Shown one piece after another: positions 11,585 through 31,948 of a DNA stretch of 64,000 bases. The stretch's first letter is position 1, and every line of letters begins with the position of its first letter. The stretch covers positions 248,001-312,000 of the forward strand of contig NC_092673.1 of NCBI RefSeq assembly GCF_964355755.1, written 5' to 3'. The notes beneath the pieces are model-generated. The model was given only the letters and a program-made list of their open reading frames with translations. It ran no database searches and had not been told where the DNA came from. Origin of the DNA: Antedon mediterranea (taxonomy: Eukaryota; Animalia; Echinodermata). A program made the position numbers and the translations under genes.

Positions 11585-14500
11585 ATGCCGCAGTACTTTC
11601 GTAAATTGGAGGAGAAGAACCTCTCTGCAGAGGTAGTCCAGATGAAATGGTCTCCCAAAATGGATCTTGTAGCTCTTGCTAATATACAAGGAGAGGTAAG
11701 AAAGTATATACTGTAATATGCATAACACTTCTCTCATCATGTAGACATTATATTATGCTCCATCTTCACAATGCAACTTTGGCTTTTATTTAGGTAGTTC
11801 TTCATCGACTTCAGTGGCAAAGGGTGTGGTCACTGCCGGTACCTGCAGAAGATACCAGTAAAAGAGTCACAGCATTAGCCTGGAGACCAGACGGTAAAGG
11901 TTAGTCAATGAAAGGTGGTGTCGTTAATTCTTCTATACCGGCATGTTCCATTATTTAACAAAACATCAACTATTAATTGGTTTTCTATTATTCAAATTAT
12001 TTTCATTTATTCCTACAGTTTATGAATGTTGGTGCAATTTATTTGAACAAAGTACAGTAACAGTAAACTGTACATTAATAATGTGATAAAATGTAATTTC
12101 TATTTCTAACAATGCAGTACTGGCTGTAAGCTACTCAAGTGGCAAGGTCCTTCTATGTGATGTTGAAAATGCAGCCATCCTACACAAGATGGAGCTAGGT
12201 GTTGCTGTGGACTGTATGGAGTGGATAAATACAGATGAAAAGACAAGCACTAAAGATGACAGTTGTCAAGACACTTCACAAAAAGACATCTTTCAAGATA
12301 ATTCTTATACATATTTACCAAAACTTGCACCTCTTCCTAAAAGGTATGTCACATGTTTTACAGAACGTACTTAAACATCAACAAAGTAGTAGTGTATCTT
12401 GATGTGTGTTACCTACATTTTTTTCTTTTAATAAATATAATCTTGTTTACAGTTACACCACAACCAGTAGAGGTACAGCAAACGATGTGCATGACATCAA
12501 AAGATTACAAGGTCAAGAAAGGTCAGTTGTTTTCTAAAATTTAAGTGAAATTTTAAAAGAAGTGACCTGGTGGTAAAAGTTTGTAAGCAAACACTTATTT
12601 TCTATTATTGTAGATTGAATGTACTGGTTATAGGAATGCAAGGTGGACGTGTCCAGTTGTATGCATTTGGCATTGCACCAGTTGGTCAGCTTGATATGAA
12701 GGACTGGGACAACACACAAGTAAGATAACTTAAAGTTCATAACCTTACCTTTCCAGAGAACATTGTGACATACACACAACTGATTCTGTCTCTTTGTACC
12801 TCACTTTTCTGTGCTAGCTTTTGTTTTCACATAAACCCAGTTCATGATGAAACCATTCTGTTTCAGATCCCTAAAGTGATGAAGTCAGTAATGTTGTCAT
12901 CAGATCTTCATACATTATGGATGTTGATGGAACAAGAGAGTGATGATGATACAGCTTGCAATGGTGTCCTAATATCTGTGAGTTGCGCATCAAAGTTCAC
13001 AATAATAATTTGCATATTAGTTTATGGCTGTGATGTATTACCTCAAAGCACTGGTTTCTGGTAATTGCTTTAATATATTTTTTTTTTTCCTTTTCTGTAG
13101 TGCAATTCAACACTGTTATCATCGCGGCGCACTGAAATAGCTCAGTTGTCTGCCAGGTACGGCAAGATCTCTTCTCTTATGGAGGTAACATCTCTTTTGT
13201 ATCAGTTTTTATTGAAATATGAAATATTATATCAATCTAATTTTAAAGAACTTTTAATAAGATAAATGTGTTTATTTTCTAGTATTTGAACCAGACAGTA
13301 AAATCAATGTCGGAAGCATGGGAGGATATATTGCTGGAAATGGAGTCTAAGTTGAATAAATATGCTGAAGTATGTAACTAAAATAACTTTCCGTAAAACA
13401 AAATAGTAATAAATGTATTGTATGCTATACAAGCTAAGTTCTTATGTGAGTGCATACTTGGCTTGTACCAGATATATAATATTTAATAAAATTGTCTGTA
13501 ATATAGGATATCAATATCATAATAAATTTATTTTTTATTCCAGACAAAGCCTACACCAGGCACTGTGTGTGATGATTTTCTCCAGCTGTTAATGTGGGGG
13601 AAATCCTGCCAAGAACTTCAAGCATTCCTACTTCATGAACTGACAGAAAAGGGCTTAAAAAAGTTAGGCCACTCAGTTGAAAATTCATATTGTAACATAC
13701 AGAAACTCATCTTAAAACACTTGCAAAGGTAAAAAGTCAACATTGTTCAATTTGTAAGCTTAAGCCACAGCCAAATAAGAAGGTACCAATCCTGCTCCCT
13801 CTCGCCAAAGCTTGCGGTACTGTCTGAGTACCAATACATCAGTACAATTAGCTACGTTATCTAAATTAAGTGTCACAATCAGGTCACAAATTGTATATTT
13901 AATTGAGTTTTCTTTTCTTTATAAGTGTTGGCCAGATGCTGTTGTTCCACTTGACTGAGTTAAAGGGAATGTCCCTTTGGTATGATAAATATGGCGTATT
14001 GGGTTTATCACCAGTTTCAGTTCAAGGTAAACAGTTAAATGTGTATTTAAAAATGCGGAAGAACAATTATAAAACACATCACAATAATTTGATTACTGTA
14101 TTGTTGATATAAAGTTTGTGGTAGAGGATGATCGAAGTGTATCGATCAAAACGTCAAGAAACTCTTCTCTCTTTTTTTCAGAACTATATACATGTGGTGT
14201 ACCATAAACTTTATATCAACATATTGATTTTGCCATGCAAACCTTCAAACAAAGTATTGTTACTATTTATATTATAAATTAGTTTCTTAAACCTGTACTT
14301 GTTTCTTTTTTCAGATGCTATAATTTCTCTAGGTTCTTTCATGCTTAAAGCAAATGAACTGCTTCAGTGAGTATTAAAGGGTGTCTAGAAAACTCAGATC
14401 TACAAAACTCAGATCTCAGATATATCTGAGTTTTCTAAATCTAGAAAACTCCGATATCTGACTTTTCTAGATCTAGAAAACTCAGATATCAATATCTGAG

Positions 14501-17500
14501 TTTTCTAGATCTAGAAAACTCAGATATCAATATCTGAGTTTTCTAGTTCCAAAATGGAACTAGAATATATTTGAAATACTACACAGTATTATACGTTTTC
14601 TTACTAATAATAATATTATTGTAACGTGTAGTAGCAGCCTAAGACTTAAATCATAAAGAAATACAGTACACACCTTTTAAAATTTAGGCTTACAGTAGCA
14701 TTTAGGCCTAGCTAAGCAAACTCAATTCAAGGCTCAACGTGTGGGCGGTATCGCGAAGAGAAAGAGAAAATAACTCGTACATATTCCCAACTTGGCTAAC
14801 TCGTACCTCAACCAACTCGTACATGCCTCATTTTTAAGCCTACATTTTAACGGTAACATCCACTCTATTTTCTTTATGATTTCAGCCGTAGGCCGCTTCT
14901 ACATGTTACAATGTTAGTAAGAAAACATATACAGTAATCAGTTTTAATAATTCTCTAGTATTTCAAATGACCTACCTGCTGATTAATAATGGAACGATCC
15001 AAATGACCTACCAACCAATCAAATGAGTTTATATCTGAGTTTTCTAGCTATAAAAAATCAGCTGAGTTTTCTAGATCGAAGTTTTCTAGACACCCAGTAT
15101 TAAATGCAAATTATAAAGTTAGCTGGCCAATTCAAGTTTTGAACTGTAGTACATTGTAAAAGGTCTTATTTAATACACAATTTTATTTTTTGTTAATAGA
15201 GTTATAGATTCCAGTTTGACCAGTTTTAAGGCTTTCTTTCGTTGGCTTTATGTAATCATGATGAGATTAGCAAATGAATCCGTCCCATCAGCTATCAGTA
15301 AGGTAAGTACATTAAATTATAATAATATATTAAGCCAGTGTAACAATTGATTTTAACATCAAAATATGAGGATACTAAATATATGTATTAAAAGTATATT
15401 TCACTATGTTTAATGTCTAAACATTATTCTCTTTCAGATGAATCAGAAAAATGTGAACTTTGTTGCAGACTTTTTAACTGAGAACTTTACTGATGTAAGT
15501 GATTTCAAGTAGATGTGCTTATTGTATACGCGTTATTCATTTTATTGTATTAATAATATTTTACTAAGTGGTATATTTTTTAATAATGTAGAATCCAGAG
15601 AAAGAAGGAAAAACATCAGGTTTTACGCTTGAACGGGTTGGCCAGTACCTTAAAAAAGAAGACTTGCAGTTAGTAAACGACATCTCTAATAATGACTGGT
15701 ATTCGTTTGTTCAGAGCACTCCAATTATGAAAGAGAGCCCTCTATTGTACCCACATCAGCCAACGAAATCACTCATTCAGCTTCATGAGCAGCTGCAGAC
15801 TGCCATGAACACTGCTCTCAATAGACCATCAGTTAGTAAAAAACCTTTTAATTCAGCTTTTGTTTTATTTTAAAATATAGTGAGATAAGTTTGCATCTTG
15901 TTCTTATATTTTAAAACTGTTGACAATGTAATGTTAATTAATGTGAGTTTATTTACTTATTGACAACCTGTTTTTTTAGACAATCATTGGCCAACACTTA
16001 CAATGCAATAAATCGTTTAAACTATACAACAGTTTAAAGAAAGAAGAAACAAAGACATCAAGGCCAGTTTCACGGTAAGTATTCAAAGTAGTTTGTGACA
16101 TGCAACTTGCTGGAGTTACTTTTTTGCCAGTGTAGAACACAATGGAGAAGCAAACCAAAATATACATATTATTAATGTTAACAGACTGGGTGGAATGTCT
16201 ATTATGAAATGTGTAGGACCTTCAGTAGCAGTGGTAGTGTTCTACACTATCTATCATCTAAAAATGCCTTTCAACGTCTTAAAGATGAAATGTATTTAAG
16301 TAAGCCTTTGCTCCATGATCTTGCACAGATTGTCGTTTACATTTTAACCTGTGTAAAACAGAACTGTTATATTGATAAATAACTAATAAGGTTATTAGTA
16401 AATAAGTAAACATTTTGATACAGATACTGTGTTGATTCAAACCAAATGTACATAGTTATGCTATCGCAAGTCCCATCAGATTGCCTTTACATAATCAGAC
16501 AATCACAAGACGAAAGGTATGCTTTGATAATTATTTATCTATTATAGTATTTGTAAATGGAATTTTGAAAATATCTGTCTTGATGATTTTTGTTAAACTT
16601 ACATAGTAGCTTAAAATTAGTGTACATTATAAAATCAAAATCATCATTTATTTTATCAGTGTCAGGATTTTTTCTAATGACAACTCCACTCCGATAGACT
16701 TATAATATTAGACTTTGTTTATGTAGAGCATCTTGTGATCAGGTTTGCTATTAAGAAGGATAGTGCATGAATTCGCTTATGGTTATCCTTGGCAATTTGC
16801 CTAAATATAAAAATCTGATACGATTTAACTTTTGATTATCTGTGGAATCCAACTTGTGAAACTAAATGTCTTTGTAATAATATTACAGTAGTAAATGCAT
16901 GTTTTAAGTGTCATTCTCATTTTTTGTAGTTCTGATATTGAATTCCTTAAGCTGTGTGTTGGAACTCTAGCCGAGTCATCTCTAAACACCAGTACCACAT
17001 CAGCAGCGATATGCAATCAACACCAGATTGTTGATGTCAGCTGCTACGATGATACCACATTGTCATTACTACTTCAAGAGATTAACAGTAATCAGGAGGC
17101 TTTATCTGTACTTTGTCAGCTCAATCTTGGAGCATTAATTGACGCTGAACAATTTGTTAAGATGAGTTCAGAAGATGCTAATTATATGCTGCAGAAAGAT
17201 GTGTATGTTGTTTCTGTTTTAAAAAATATACTATACTATTTATAACATATCCAGTGTATCTTGATTGATTTTGTATCCCATAATAGAGAATGACCAAAAA
17301 CTAATTTTTTCAAGGTCTCATCTTTAACATTTGATTCAAGTAAACAGCATATTAATTTAATGAAAGTTTACTTTTGAACAGTTTTACAAACCAATGTTTT
17401 TGTTCGTTGAATGGAAAGAAAATGTTTATGAGTTGAAAGCCTGACTGTCCTATAGATAGAACATTCATTATTTATGTTACAATGGCTCTTGCAATAGTGC

Positions 17501-18287
17501 TGCTTAACAATCTGCTCTTTGGCTCTTGCAATAGTGCTGCTTAACAATCTGCTCTTTGGTTTACTATGTTACAATGGCTCTTGCAATAGTGCTGCTTAAC
17601 AATCTGCTCTTTGGCTCTTGCAATAGTGCTGCTTAACAATCTGCTCTTTGGCTCTTGCAATAGTGCTGCTTAACAATCTGCTCTTTGGCTCTTGCAATAG
17701 TGCTGCTTAACAATCTGCTCTTTGGTTTACTATGTTTCAGGGTATCTATTGATGCCGGGCTTTATATCACACAGTCAAGGAGACTGGAAAACATGAAAGC
17801 TGGAAGATTTGCCGTCAGTGGGTCAAGAAAGGTTTCTTGTGTGGTATGTATACTCTAGGATGGGATTTCTTATTGTAGTGAAAGTGACTTTAAGAGCAAA
17901 TTTTAAAATGTTGATGCAAAATAATAATTGTTGAAATAACCATGGTGACTTTTCACGTATTCATGTTTTTTTTATAATATGTTATGATATGTACTGTAGT
18001 GTACAGAAAGCACATTTATATTGGACAAATAAATGCTGTTGACAGCACCACATTTATTCATTTTTAAATGTAATGCTAATAAATGCTGTTGACAGCACCA
18101 CATTTATTCATTTTTAAATGTAATGCTAATAAATAATTTTTCTCTTCAGGTTTTCTCAAATTTCCGACGAGTTAGAATCTTTGATATGGAGACGGAGGAA
18201 GACAATGAAGATGAAAGCTGTGATGCAAGTGCACTGGAAGCAACGAGAGAAATTGAAGAAGAAAATAAAGAAAACATATCCGGCTGA
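11585..18287 (+). CDS. ANAPC4: Anaphase-promoting complex subunit 4, multi-exon
   Basis: Exon 11585-11695 (MPQYFRKLEEK..WSPKMDLVALAN), 11794-11899 (VLHRLQWQRVW..LAWRPDGK), 13283-13369 (MSEAWEDILLEMESKL), ~15200-15302 (FKAFFRWLY), 17741-17843 (FAVSGSRKVSCV), last exon 18150-18287 (RRVRIFDME plus acidic tail). Confidence 0.95.
14379..15095. mobile_element. Mutator/MULE-like MITE, 717 bp, perfect 9-bp TSD
   Basis: TIRs GGGTGTCTAGAAAACT / AGTTTTCTAGACACCC; TSD AGTATTAAA at 14370-14378 and 15096-15104; internal palindromic CTGAGTTTTCTAGATCTAGAAAACTCAG repeats. Confidence 0.85.
17482..17725. repeat. 37-bp minisatellite (~6 copies) abutting an ANAPC4 3' splice site
   Basis: Unit TGGCTCTTGCAATAGTGCTGCTTAACAATCTGCTCTT. 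Confidence 0.95.
18028..18133. repeat. 50-bp tandem duplication in the last ANAPC4 intron
   Basis: AATAAATGCTGTTGACAGCACCACATTTATTCATTTTTAAATGTAATGCT x2. Confidence 0.95.
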
Positions 18288-18683
18288 CACTTAATTTACA
18301 CCTGTCAGTGTCACACTCGTATAATCCATCCTTTCTCTTAATAAGATAAATGTATGTGTTTGAGATGAAAGCCATTACTAACATGAGAACCATTTCTTTG
18401 TGTTCGATGTATAAAATCAAAATGTATTTATAATAAAACTTCATTGATAACTGTTTACAAAATGTGTACAGATTTCCATTTAATGGGTTATATTCCAAAA
18501 AAAATTAATTCTTATTTGTTTAATTTTATTCATTCTATTCTTTTAATCATTATTAGCTTGACGTACATTTCGGTCTAGATAACTTATCATCAACCATTAA
18601 ACATTAACGTTTCATTCTACTAATGTTAACCATTGCTGACCATGTAATTTCCATAATCAGAATCCATGTCACTCCATAGTCTT

Positions 18684-24168
<5,485 letters not shown>

Positions 24169-24286
24169 GTTGTTGTTGTTTTCTTGTTTGTATAGCGCCG
24201 GCCGTTAGGAGGCGCTATCAACTTTTTGGTTGCTTCAATTCCTTCGATATGGATGGTTGGTTTTCAAGTTATATAAATAAATCATC
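24169..24286. promoter_or_regulatory. Very compact bidirectional promoter between THAP-PCGF6 and HIGD2A
   Basis: Divergent ATGs at 24168(-) and 24287(+), 118 bp between them, both with purine at -3; GC-rich patch GCGCCGGCCG/GGAGGCGCT. Confidence 0.7.
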
Positions 24287-24992
24287 ATGTCGTCGCCGAG
24301 TGTTAAAAAACCGGGTGAAAATAATGAATTTCGATACATTAATCAGCAACCACAGATGCCACCAGAGTTGTTTGATTGGGAACCAGTTCAACCCGAAGGT
24401 TTTAAAGAAAAATTTGTTAAAAAAGTTAAAGAAAACCCATTTGTACCAATCGGTAAGTTCTAGGCCCATCCATGATGATTAGTTAGTTAGCTGCAGGTAC
24501 CACCACCAGAGCAAAAAAGAGTGACTGGGCTGCTGCTGGTGTGAAGTGCGTCCTTTGAGTTATCGTCAGACAAGAAGCCGATACAACATTCTTAGTTATT
24601 TGGCAGTTGTCTTATTATAGGCCTTCTAGATATTTTGTTTTAGCTATAGCTATTAATTATGACGATTTTCAAATATTATATTAAGATTAAATACATTACA
24701 AATACATCATATATGCCTATTTAATAGACCTAAAAAAGTGAATTTAGGCATTGTATTTGTATTCTCACCATACATTGACGTTTCTCTAACTATTCTGTAA
24801 CATTTTAATTCTTTGATAGGATGCGGTGCTACTATTATTGCCCTTACCCTTGGATTAGTGCAGTTCAGAAAAGGTCAAACAAGGAACTCGCAACTAATGA
24901 TGCGATTCCGTGTAGGTGCACAGGCATTTACAATTGGAGCTGTATTAGTTGGTGTTGCACTTCAAGCTTCTAAGGGAGTCAAGAGGACTTAA
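24287..24992 (+). CDS. HIGD2A: HIG1 domain family member 2A (mitochondrial), 112 aa, 2 exons
   Basis: Exons 24287-24452 (EGFKEKFVKKVKENPFVPIG) and 24820-24992 (SQLMMRFRVGAQAFTIGAV). Confidence 0.93.
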
Positions 24993-26427
24993 ATGTCTAC
25001 TGCATGTTGGGAATGCTTTGATTGTCAACTTTATGATTGAACTCATGGAAGAAACTTGAAAGTAATTGGTACATTGCCATCAGAATGAACAGCAGATTAT
25101 ACAGACATTCTGCTACAATCTATGGATATTCATTTTTTCTCCCAATAATATTGGAATTTTACAAATAACAAGTGGTGTTAGTGGCCTGTCAATCAGTGGT
25201 GGTGAACTGGAGCCAATCAAGGTTTTCTCTTCTGCCATGCATGACTTTACCTAGATGAGAACATAATTATGTCTTTAATTAAGTCTAGTTATGAATAGTC
25301 TTGACTTCATTTGAATATCATTTGCAAATATAGGTTTATAGGCTTCTACTAGAACACTATGTTAAGATAAAGTTCACTTTAGTAAACTTCCTTTTGACTT
25401 TAATAAGCAGAATACAGTATTATTAGTGAGTCAATTTATTGTGAGATGTGAGTGTATAGATGGTACTGTATAAACAAATTATCTTTTAGCAGAATTTTAT
25501 TTACTAAATTTAAAGTTTGTGATGTTAGGTAATACAGTATTAATAAAGACTGATATATTGGAATAAGTGTTATGTTTTTTTAAATTTCATAACTTCATCA
25601 ATCACTACACACAATTGAATGCTGTACCAACAAATACTTTAATACAGTAACAAAACTGATGAATGACTTATTACAGATATTAAATACATATTATAAATAG
25701 TATTTTTGATAAGATCTAAGATATTGTATTTACACTAATTTTTACCAACACTACTAAATTCATTCAAGCAAGTGACTTGATTCAAGGAACACACAAATGC
25801 CTTTTTAAAAACATACAGTAGTAATAAAGTACAGCACATTATAGTTTAACTGTGCAACGCAACACAACACAAACAAAATTGATATTTCTACAAATCTTGA
25901 TATTTAACTGCAATATAGTTTTAGCAGAAAAAATCATGACATTAAACTTTTTTTGTTGTTGGACAGTATACAGTATTACATAAAACATGATTTCAATGCA
26001 TGATGGAAAAACCAATAAAGTTTTAAATTATGAATACATATGGCACAAGTACAATCTATTTGCATTATTAAGAGCTAATTGTAAACAAAACTGTATACAG
26101 ATAATATTTGTTACGTTTTTATTTTGTGCAGTACATGTTTGGTATCAGAATGGCAACACTGTTCACCAATGAATACAGTAGAACCCCTAAAGAGGACACA
26201 TTTGGTACCCAACAAAGTGCCCTCTGGATATAGGTAGTTGGCTGTATGTTAAAACAATTCTACTCATTCGTTTCAGAAGTGTCCTCTTAATAAGAGTGAT
26301 GCCTTGAATAAAGGTGTCGCAAAGGAGGCGTAATAATGTATTGATTTGCTGTTTTTTTAGGCTTAACATGAATGCGTTTCCAGTCCCAGAATACATCAAT
26401 TACATACAGTATATCTATATTTTTCAT

Positions 26428-27818
26428 TCACATAGTTGGTAGAGTTTCCATTAATTCTTTTACTCTACTCACTCCCTTTATTTCACCACCAACTGGCACT
26501 TGCGTCTCTATCAGATAAATTGCTCGATTTTCTGGTCCCACTTCAAGTTTAGTCTGAAGGTCATTTACAGATAACGCACCTTCTTTGTCCTAAAAAGAAA
26601 ATTTTGTAAACGTTTCAAATTTGAATTTAAATTCAGTGGTTTTAAACTGTGTAATCTAAGTATGAGAATGCAACACATGATTTATACCATGATATACTGT
26701 ACCTGTTTGTTAGCTACTAGTATCAATGGTACATTCTTTAGTCTGTTATCAGCTACTAATTTGTCCAACTCTGTTTTTGCTTCACCTAACCTATTTTTAT
26801 CAGAAGCATCAACAACAAATACAAGCACTTGCGTTCCCTCAATAAAGTTTGACCAGTATGATCGTACATTCTCAGTCCCTCCAACTGCAAAACAAAACAA
26901 ATTATATATTACATAAATATTCCAGCTTAAACTTAGACAAATATAAGAGACATATTTTAATAACTAAAAAAAGGAAAAAATTTCATTTTTATCTTCAAAC
27001 TGACTTTTAACACTGTACAGTAATTCAATGTGGAAATATTTGGAACCACAAACCTTCCCAGATATTTAGAGTGTTTGTGTCAGTCTGAACACACATTACA
27101 TTGAAGCCTTCCGTTGGTTTGGTATCATCTGGAGGTTGTAAGCTGTTTAGACAACCCAATAATGTGCTTTTTCCTGCTCCATCTAAACCAAGAACAAGTA
27201 TCCTTTTTTCGCCTTCTTCTACACCTCCCTGCAAAGAAAATTGAGTGCCACTTCAATCACATAGCAATATACTCCTATTTCACTCAGAGCGAGAGCATTC
27301 ATTATTCATTTTAACTGTATGTTTATAATCAGAACAGGGTCCAGGCAAATGTAGCCTATAATACTTAATAAAAAATAATAGTAATACTGTACTCCCTCCG
27401 GATCCCTAGCAGATAACGGCAAAATGCCACTGAACACGTTCTCAAATTTAGCGGTGAACTTATTAGTCGACTTAGCGCATGCGCATATCATCAAAATTAC
27501 AGCATTAACGCTATCATTCGACAATATACAATACTGTGGACGTGCAAATTGAACAGTCCCTAATGTACGTCCTCCGATTTTGTCGATATGACATGCAGAG
27601 CACTAGGCCTAGCCGCCGGGGTGTTTTGTTGGGTTTAATAAAAAGTATACTTCATCATTGTTGATTGATTCCATATCAATTCCTCCTGAAGACAGGTTTC
27701 TGCGTCTTTGAATTTCAAACACTCTATATGTTGCTCCAGCTACTAAAGCTCCTGTGCCTAAAATTACAGCGGTTTTACGAAAGAAACTTAGATCTCGAAA
27801 CCAAGAACTGAAAGCCAT
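26428..27818 (-). CDS. ARL10: ARF-like GTPase of the ARL9/ARL10 group with N-terminal hydrophobic helix, ~228 aa, 4 exons
   Basis: Exons 27818-27651, 27228-27054 (GLDGAGKS, PTEGFN), 26884-26703 (VGGTENVRSYW, FVVDASD, NKQ), 26589-26428. Glu-containing G3 (WEVGG), an N-terminal TM-like segment and linkage to HIGD2A/KIAA1191 favour ARL9/10. Confidence 0.8.
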
Positions 27819-29279
27819 TTTATTTTATATTTATCAATATTGGAATACTCCCCTCTATTGTTCGAATATGTATGATAATGATATCATTAATCGATAGAGG
27901 GGGTTTAGCATGTTTTCTCATCATGTATGAATGCCGGATCTAAAAACATCGCTTGATTGATTGCAATAAAGTTTCATAATTTTCAATTCAAATCTAGAGC
28001 TGTGATAGACACACCCTGTCTGATCTTACAGAAGTATTGTCGATCCCCAAAAATATTTAAAAAAATGAATATTGATAAAATCAGACTTTGTATGATCCAT
28101 TTTTGTATTAGTTTTAATAAGTTTCACTTAATTTCCCGTAGAAAAAAAACGAACAAAAATAATTACTTCACTTGTAAAAAGACAAAATAAATGGTTAAAT
28201 GGCGAAAAAAACCATTGTCCAATTTGTTGTAATAACTATTAAACTTACTAATAAATATGTTTTAAGAATATATTTTCAGATGAAATAGGAGGGATCCATT
28301 AGAGATATATCTCTATGGAGGGATAGACTACCTATTAGCAGGTAACAACCTAATATGAAAGAAAATATTTTAATTTACTTTATATTATATAGTATGTATA
28401 CTTTTCTGAAAAAAAAAACTTACGCAACATTTCACTACTTTTGTATTCCTTCTTCGTCCCCCTTTGAAAGCCGTTTGGGCACAAACTTTTGACAGTGCAG
28501 TAGTTTTAGTAGTACAGTACAACTAACTAAAAATGAGTCAAGCCGAGCGAGAGGGCAGCATTAAAGTCGAGCGATGATGAGACGTTGTAATTTTCTAACT
28601 ACGGTTTTTGTTGAGAATGTAAAACATTAAATAGTTACGGTATAATAATTCATAATTATGGTTAGAATCTGCTGTAGGTATCAACAATATTATAATAATT
28701 TGTACAGGTAGTGACTGTCTATAAAATGCACTTTCAGCTAGGCTAGGCCTACAGTAGTTACATCTAGGCCTAGTAGTAGGCTAGTACGTAGTAGGCCTAG
28801 GAGGCCCTAGTTCTGTACATCCTGCCAATTTAGCCTTTTTTTAGTCATCAGAGACTAGCTGAGCGTACTGAGGGTTTAGGCCTAGCCTTATCTTATATTA
28901 TTAGTATAGTATATATTAGGTATATACTTTCTCCAAAAAGGAACCACATTTTGAAGACGTCTTATGACCAGGTTGTTGTTACCTTGAGTAATTACTAAAT
29001 TAAAATATTATTTTATATTAATTATTTATTAATAAAATATTGTTGAAAGTTTTATAGATACATTAAATTGAATTAGGGTCTACTCTAGGCCAAGACCTAT
29101 ATAATGTTTTTTATGTCTATGTTTGAATAACAAAAGTAGTTGAGTAAGTCTACACATGGAGTTACCTCCATGGTCTAAACCATTAGATAATCATTTATTT
29201 ATTAATATTATATTCATTTAATTTCTTAAAACTAGTAGTAATGACTCATCACCATTATGAAGCAGTAGGAAGTTAAAAG

Positions 29280-31905
29280 ATGGACCAGAAGAGAATAAAA
29301 TCACCGGTGTTGAGAATACCCCTTCGTCCAGAACGTTATGAATGGGAGGAGATAAGTAACTCTCCACCACCATCAACCCAAAACATTTTAAAACTGTTTG
29401 ATACCAACACCCTTGTCCGAGATCATCCAAGGAAGTACAAACTCCTGCTTGCTCAAGATGAAGGAAGTGAGCAGGCCATACCACAGACTTTAGAAGAGAG
29501 ACGACCAAGAAGCAGCTCGACCAAACTTATCACCAGTAGTCCTTCAGAATCAGTCAGGAAGAACAAGTCTTTGGTTGATTTAAAAACTTTCTTTCAACAC
29601 AACAGTGATGCACATGTGAAAGGGTATTCACACCACGAGGCTCTGTCAGATGCAGATGCTGGCATAGCTAAGTTGACTCTTGACACAGATGAGCAGAATT
29701 TAGAATCAACTAACTTGTCAGCAATTGCTCAGAAATATGCTGGTTTCCCACAAACTACAGAACCTGATGGTCAAGGTATCTATGTTTTAAAGACTTTCCA
29801 TTTTCCTAATTGTGCAACATGTGCATCTGGTTCTGTATATCACAAAAAGGAAAATGTGATTGCATAATAATTTAATATAAATATATGTCCTTGAAAAACC
29901 ATGTAAAATGTGAGTACATTATCATTACTGTAGGCTTACATAAATGTAATGCAAAATGTGAGTACATTATCATTACTGTAGGCTTACATAAATGTGAGTA
30001 CATTATCATTACTGTAGGCTTACATAAATGTGAGTACATTATCATCACTGTAGGCTTACATAAATGTAATACAAAATCTAAAGCAGTACAATGCACGATA
30101 ACAATTAATCAAACACTGAGAATTTTGTTATATAATCTGTGGATTATGTTACTTTTAATGATAATTCCTCACTTCATTCAACACCCGCTAAATGCCATTA
30201 TATAAGCAAAGCAATTATAATAATATTGTAACATAATACGTGGTCGGTCAAGATAACTTTAAGTGACCACCACAAAATATATAGAGTGAGACTTTTAACT
30301 GTAATAACATTTTGTTATCTTGGTTTTTTACTTTTTTTAAATAAAAATTCATTATTTGATCTGGTTTGTCAAAAAGTACTGTACCTCAATTAAAGACTTA
30401 AAATATATAATAATTTATTTATCATTGTTTTTATTTAAATAGAAAGAAGATTTTCATTTGGCATTCCACAGAAACTAGAACATCAACAAGGTAGGTCAAT
30501 TTTAGGACATTCTTAATGGTTAGCCTGCCCTCTATCAACACTCATTCATCCATCATTGTTACTATGTATTAATTGTATTACATAATGATAAGTTTTTACA
30601 ATTTTACCCCTACAGCCGAATTCGTTTTAACTACTAATTATGCATTCTGAAATTGTTTTAATTCTGCAAAGTCCGAATCAGACATTTTAGATGTCAAGCC
30701 TCGAGAGAGTACAATATATATAAATTAAGTCTATGTATAGCATATTAGTGCTATTTTTTACATTATAAAATGAATTTTTGAACTTTAGAAATCAGTTGAA
30801 TATGTTCATGTCTAAAATGGTCATCTTTTTACCAAAGTCTTCACTCACCAAATTTTAATTTGTTTTTAATTACTAAATGATATTTGGTGTATCTGCCTTC
30901 TGGGACTGTTCCTACGCAATCAGCAATACGCTATTTTATTCCAATTAATAAGTAAGCTTATACTACAATCATTACTTTTGTATTTCTGTAATCCCCTCTA
31001 TACCCTATGGGTACAATTGTCTTTAACACCAGAAATCTGAAACACCAGATGAAACGCAATTTTTTGATGAGTTCCAAAGATATTGAGGGGGTGTTTAAGA
31101 TGTTTCTTACAACAAATTTGATATAGTATCTTTTTAATATCAACATTTTTTTTCATAGAATGTTAATTTTACAAAATATAATATACACAAATTTCTATAG
31201 TCAGGTTTTGTATTGTATCAATTTGAAAAATACCAGATTGTTTAAATTGGCCCCATATTTACACTGTATTCATAATATTTGGAACCGTTTACCTGAAAAC
31301 ATAAAGTGTGAAACTAAAATCGGAAAATTTAAAAAGGAAATACAACAACTATTAATAAATAAATACTCACTCATGTAGAGTTCACTTTTGTTACTTTTAC
31401 TTTTTATTTCTATTTGTACTTTTATTGTTTTATTTGCTAATTAGATATCTGTATTATAGGGTAATGCGTTTAAGAGCTTCGGCTCATTGCATACCCGTCT
31501 TGTATCAAATAAGTTTATAGAAATATTCTTGTGAAAGAAATACTGTATAAATATATTTTTTGTTGATACAAATAAATGGTACGTATATAGTACCGCGAAT
31601 GATTGACTTAATAGTTTAGTGATAAACATTTCCCTTTTATTAAATAGATCGAAGAGTTTCTATGGATGACTCTATCCTTAGGAAAGGTGAACATTCTGAC
31701 GAGAGCAACAAGACTTCATCAATGCCCTCAACATCTGCTAATGTGCAAAAAGTGTGAGTAATAATTATATGTTGTTTATTTATTACTCTTAAAAATACAA
31801 CATCCCTGTCCATGTGGTCCCATTCCCAAAACACACCACCACTATGTAAAAGGATTTAATTAACACATACTCTCTACGTTGTGTCAATAATGCCTTCTTG
31901 CATTT

Positions 31906-31948
<43 letters not shown>

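Noticed and set aside
18172-18498. 108-aa minus-strand ORF as last exon of PCGF6
   Set aside because: It is antisense to the ANAPC4 last exon. A better phase-0 terminal exon (EALITLYYSFSV..*) at 18740-18684 completes the RAWUL domain.
27641-27650. Possible U12 (minor) intron donor GTATACTTTT in ARL10
   Set aside because: Mismatch at +5 to GTATCCTT, no CCTTAAC branch point, and a normal polypyrimidine acceptor.
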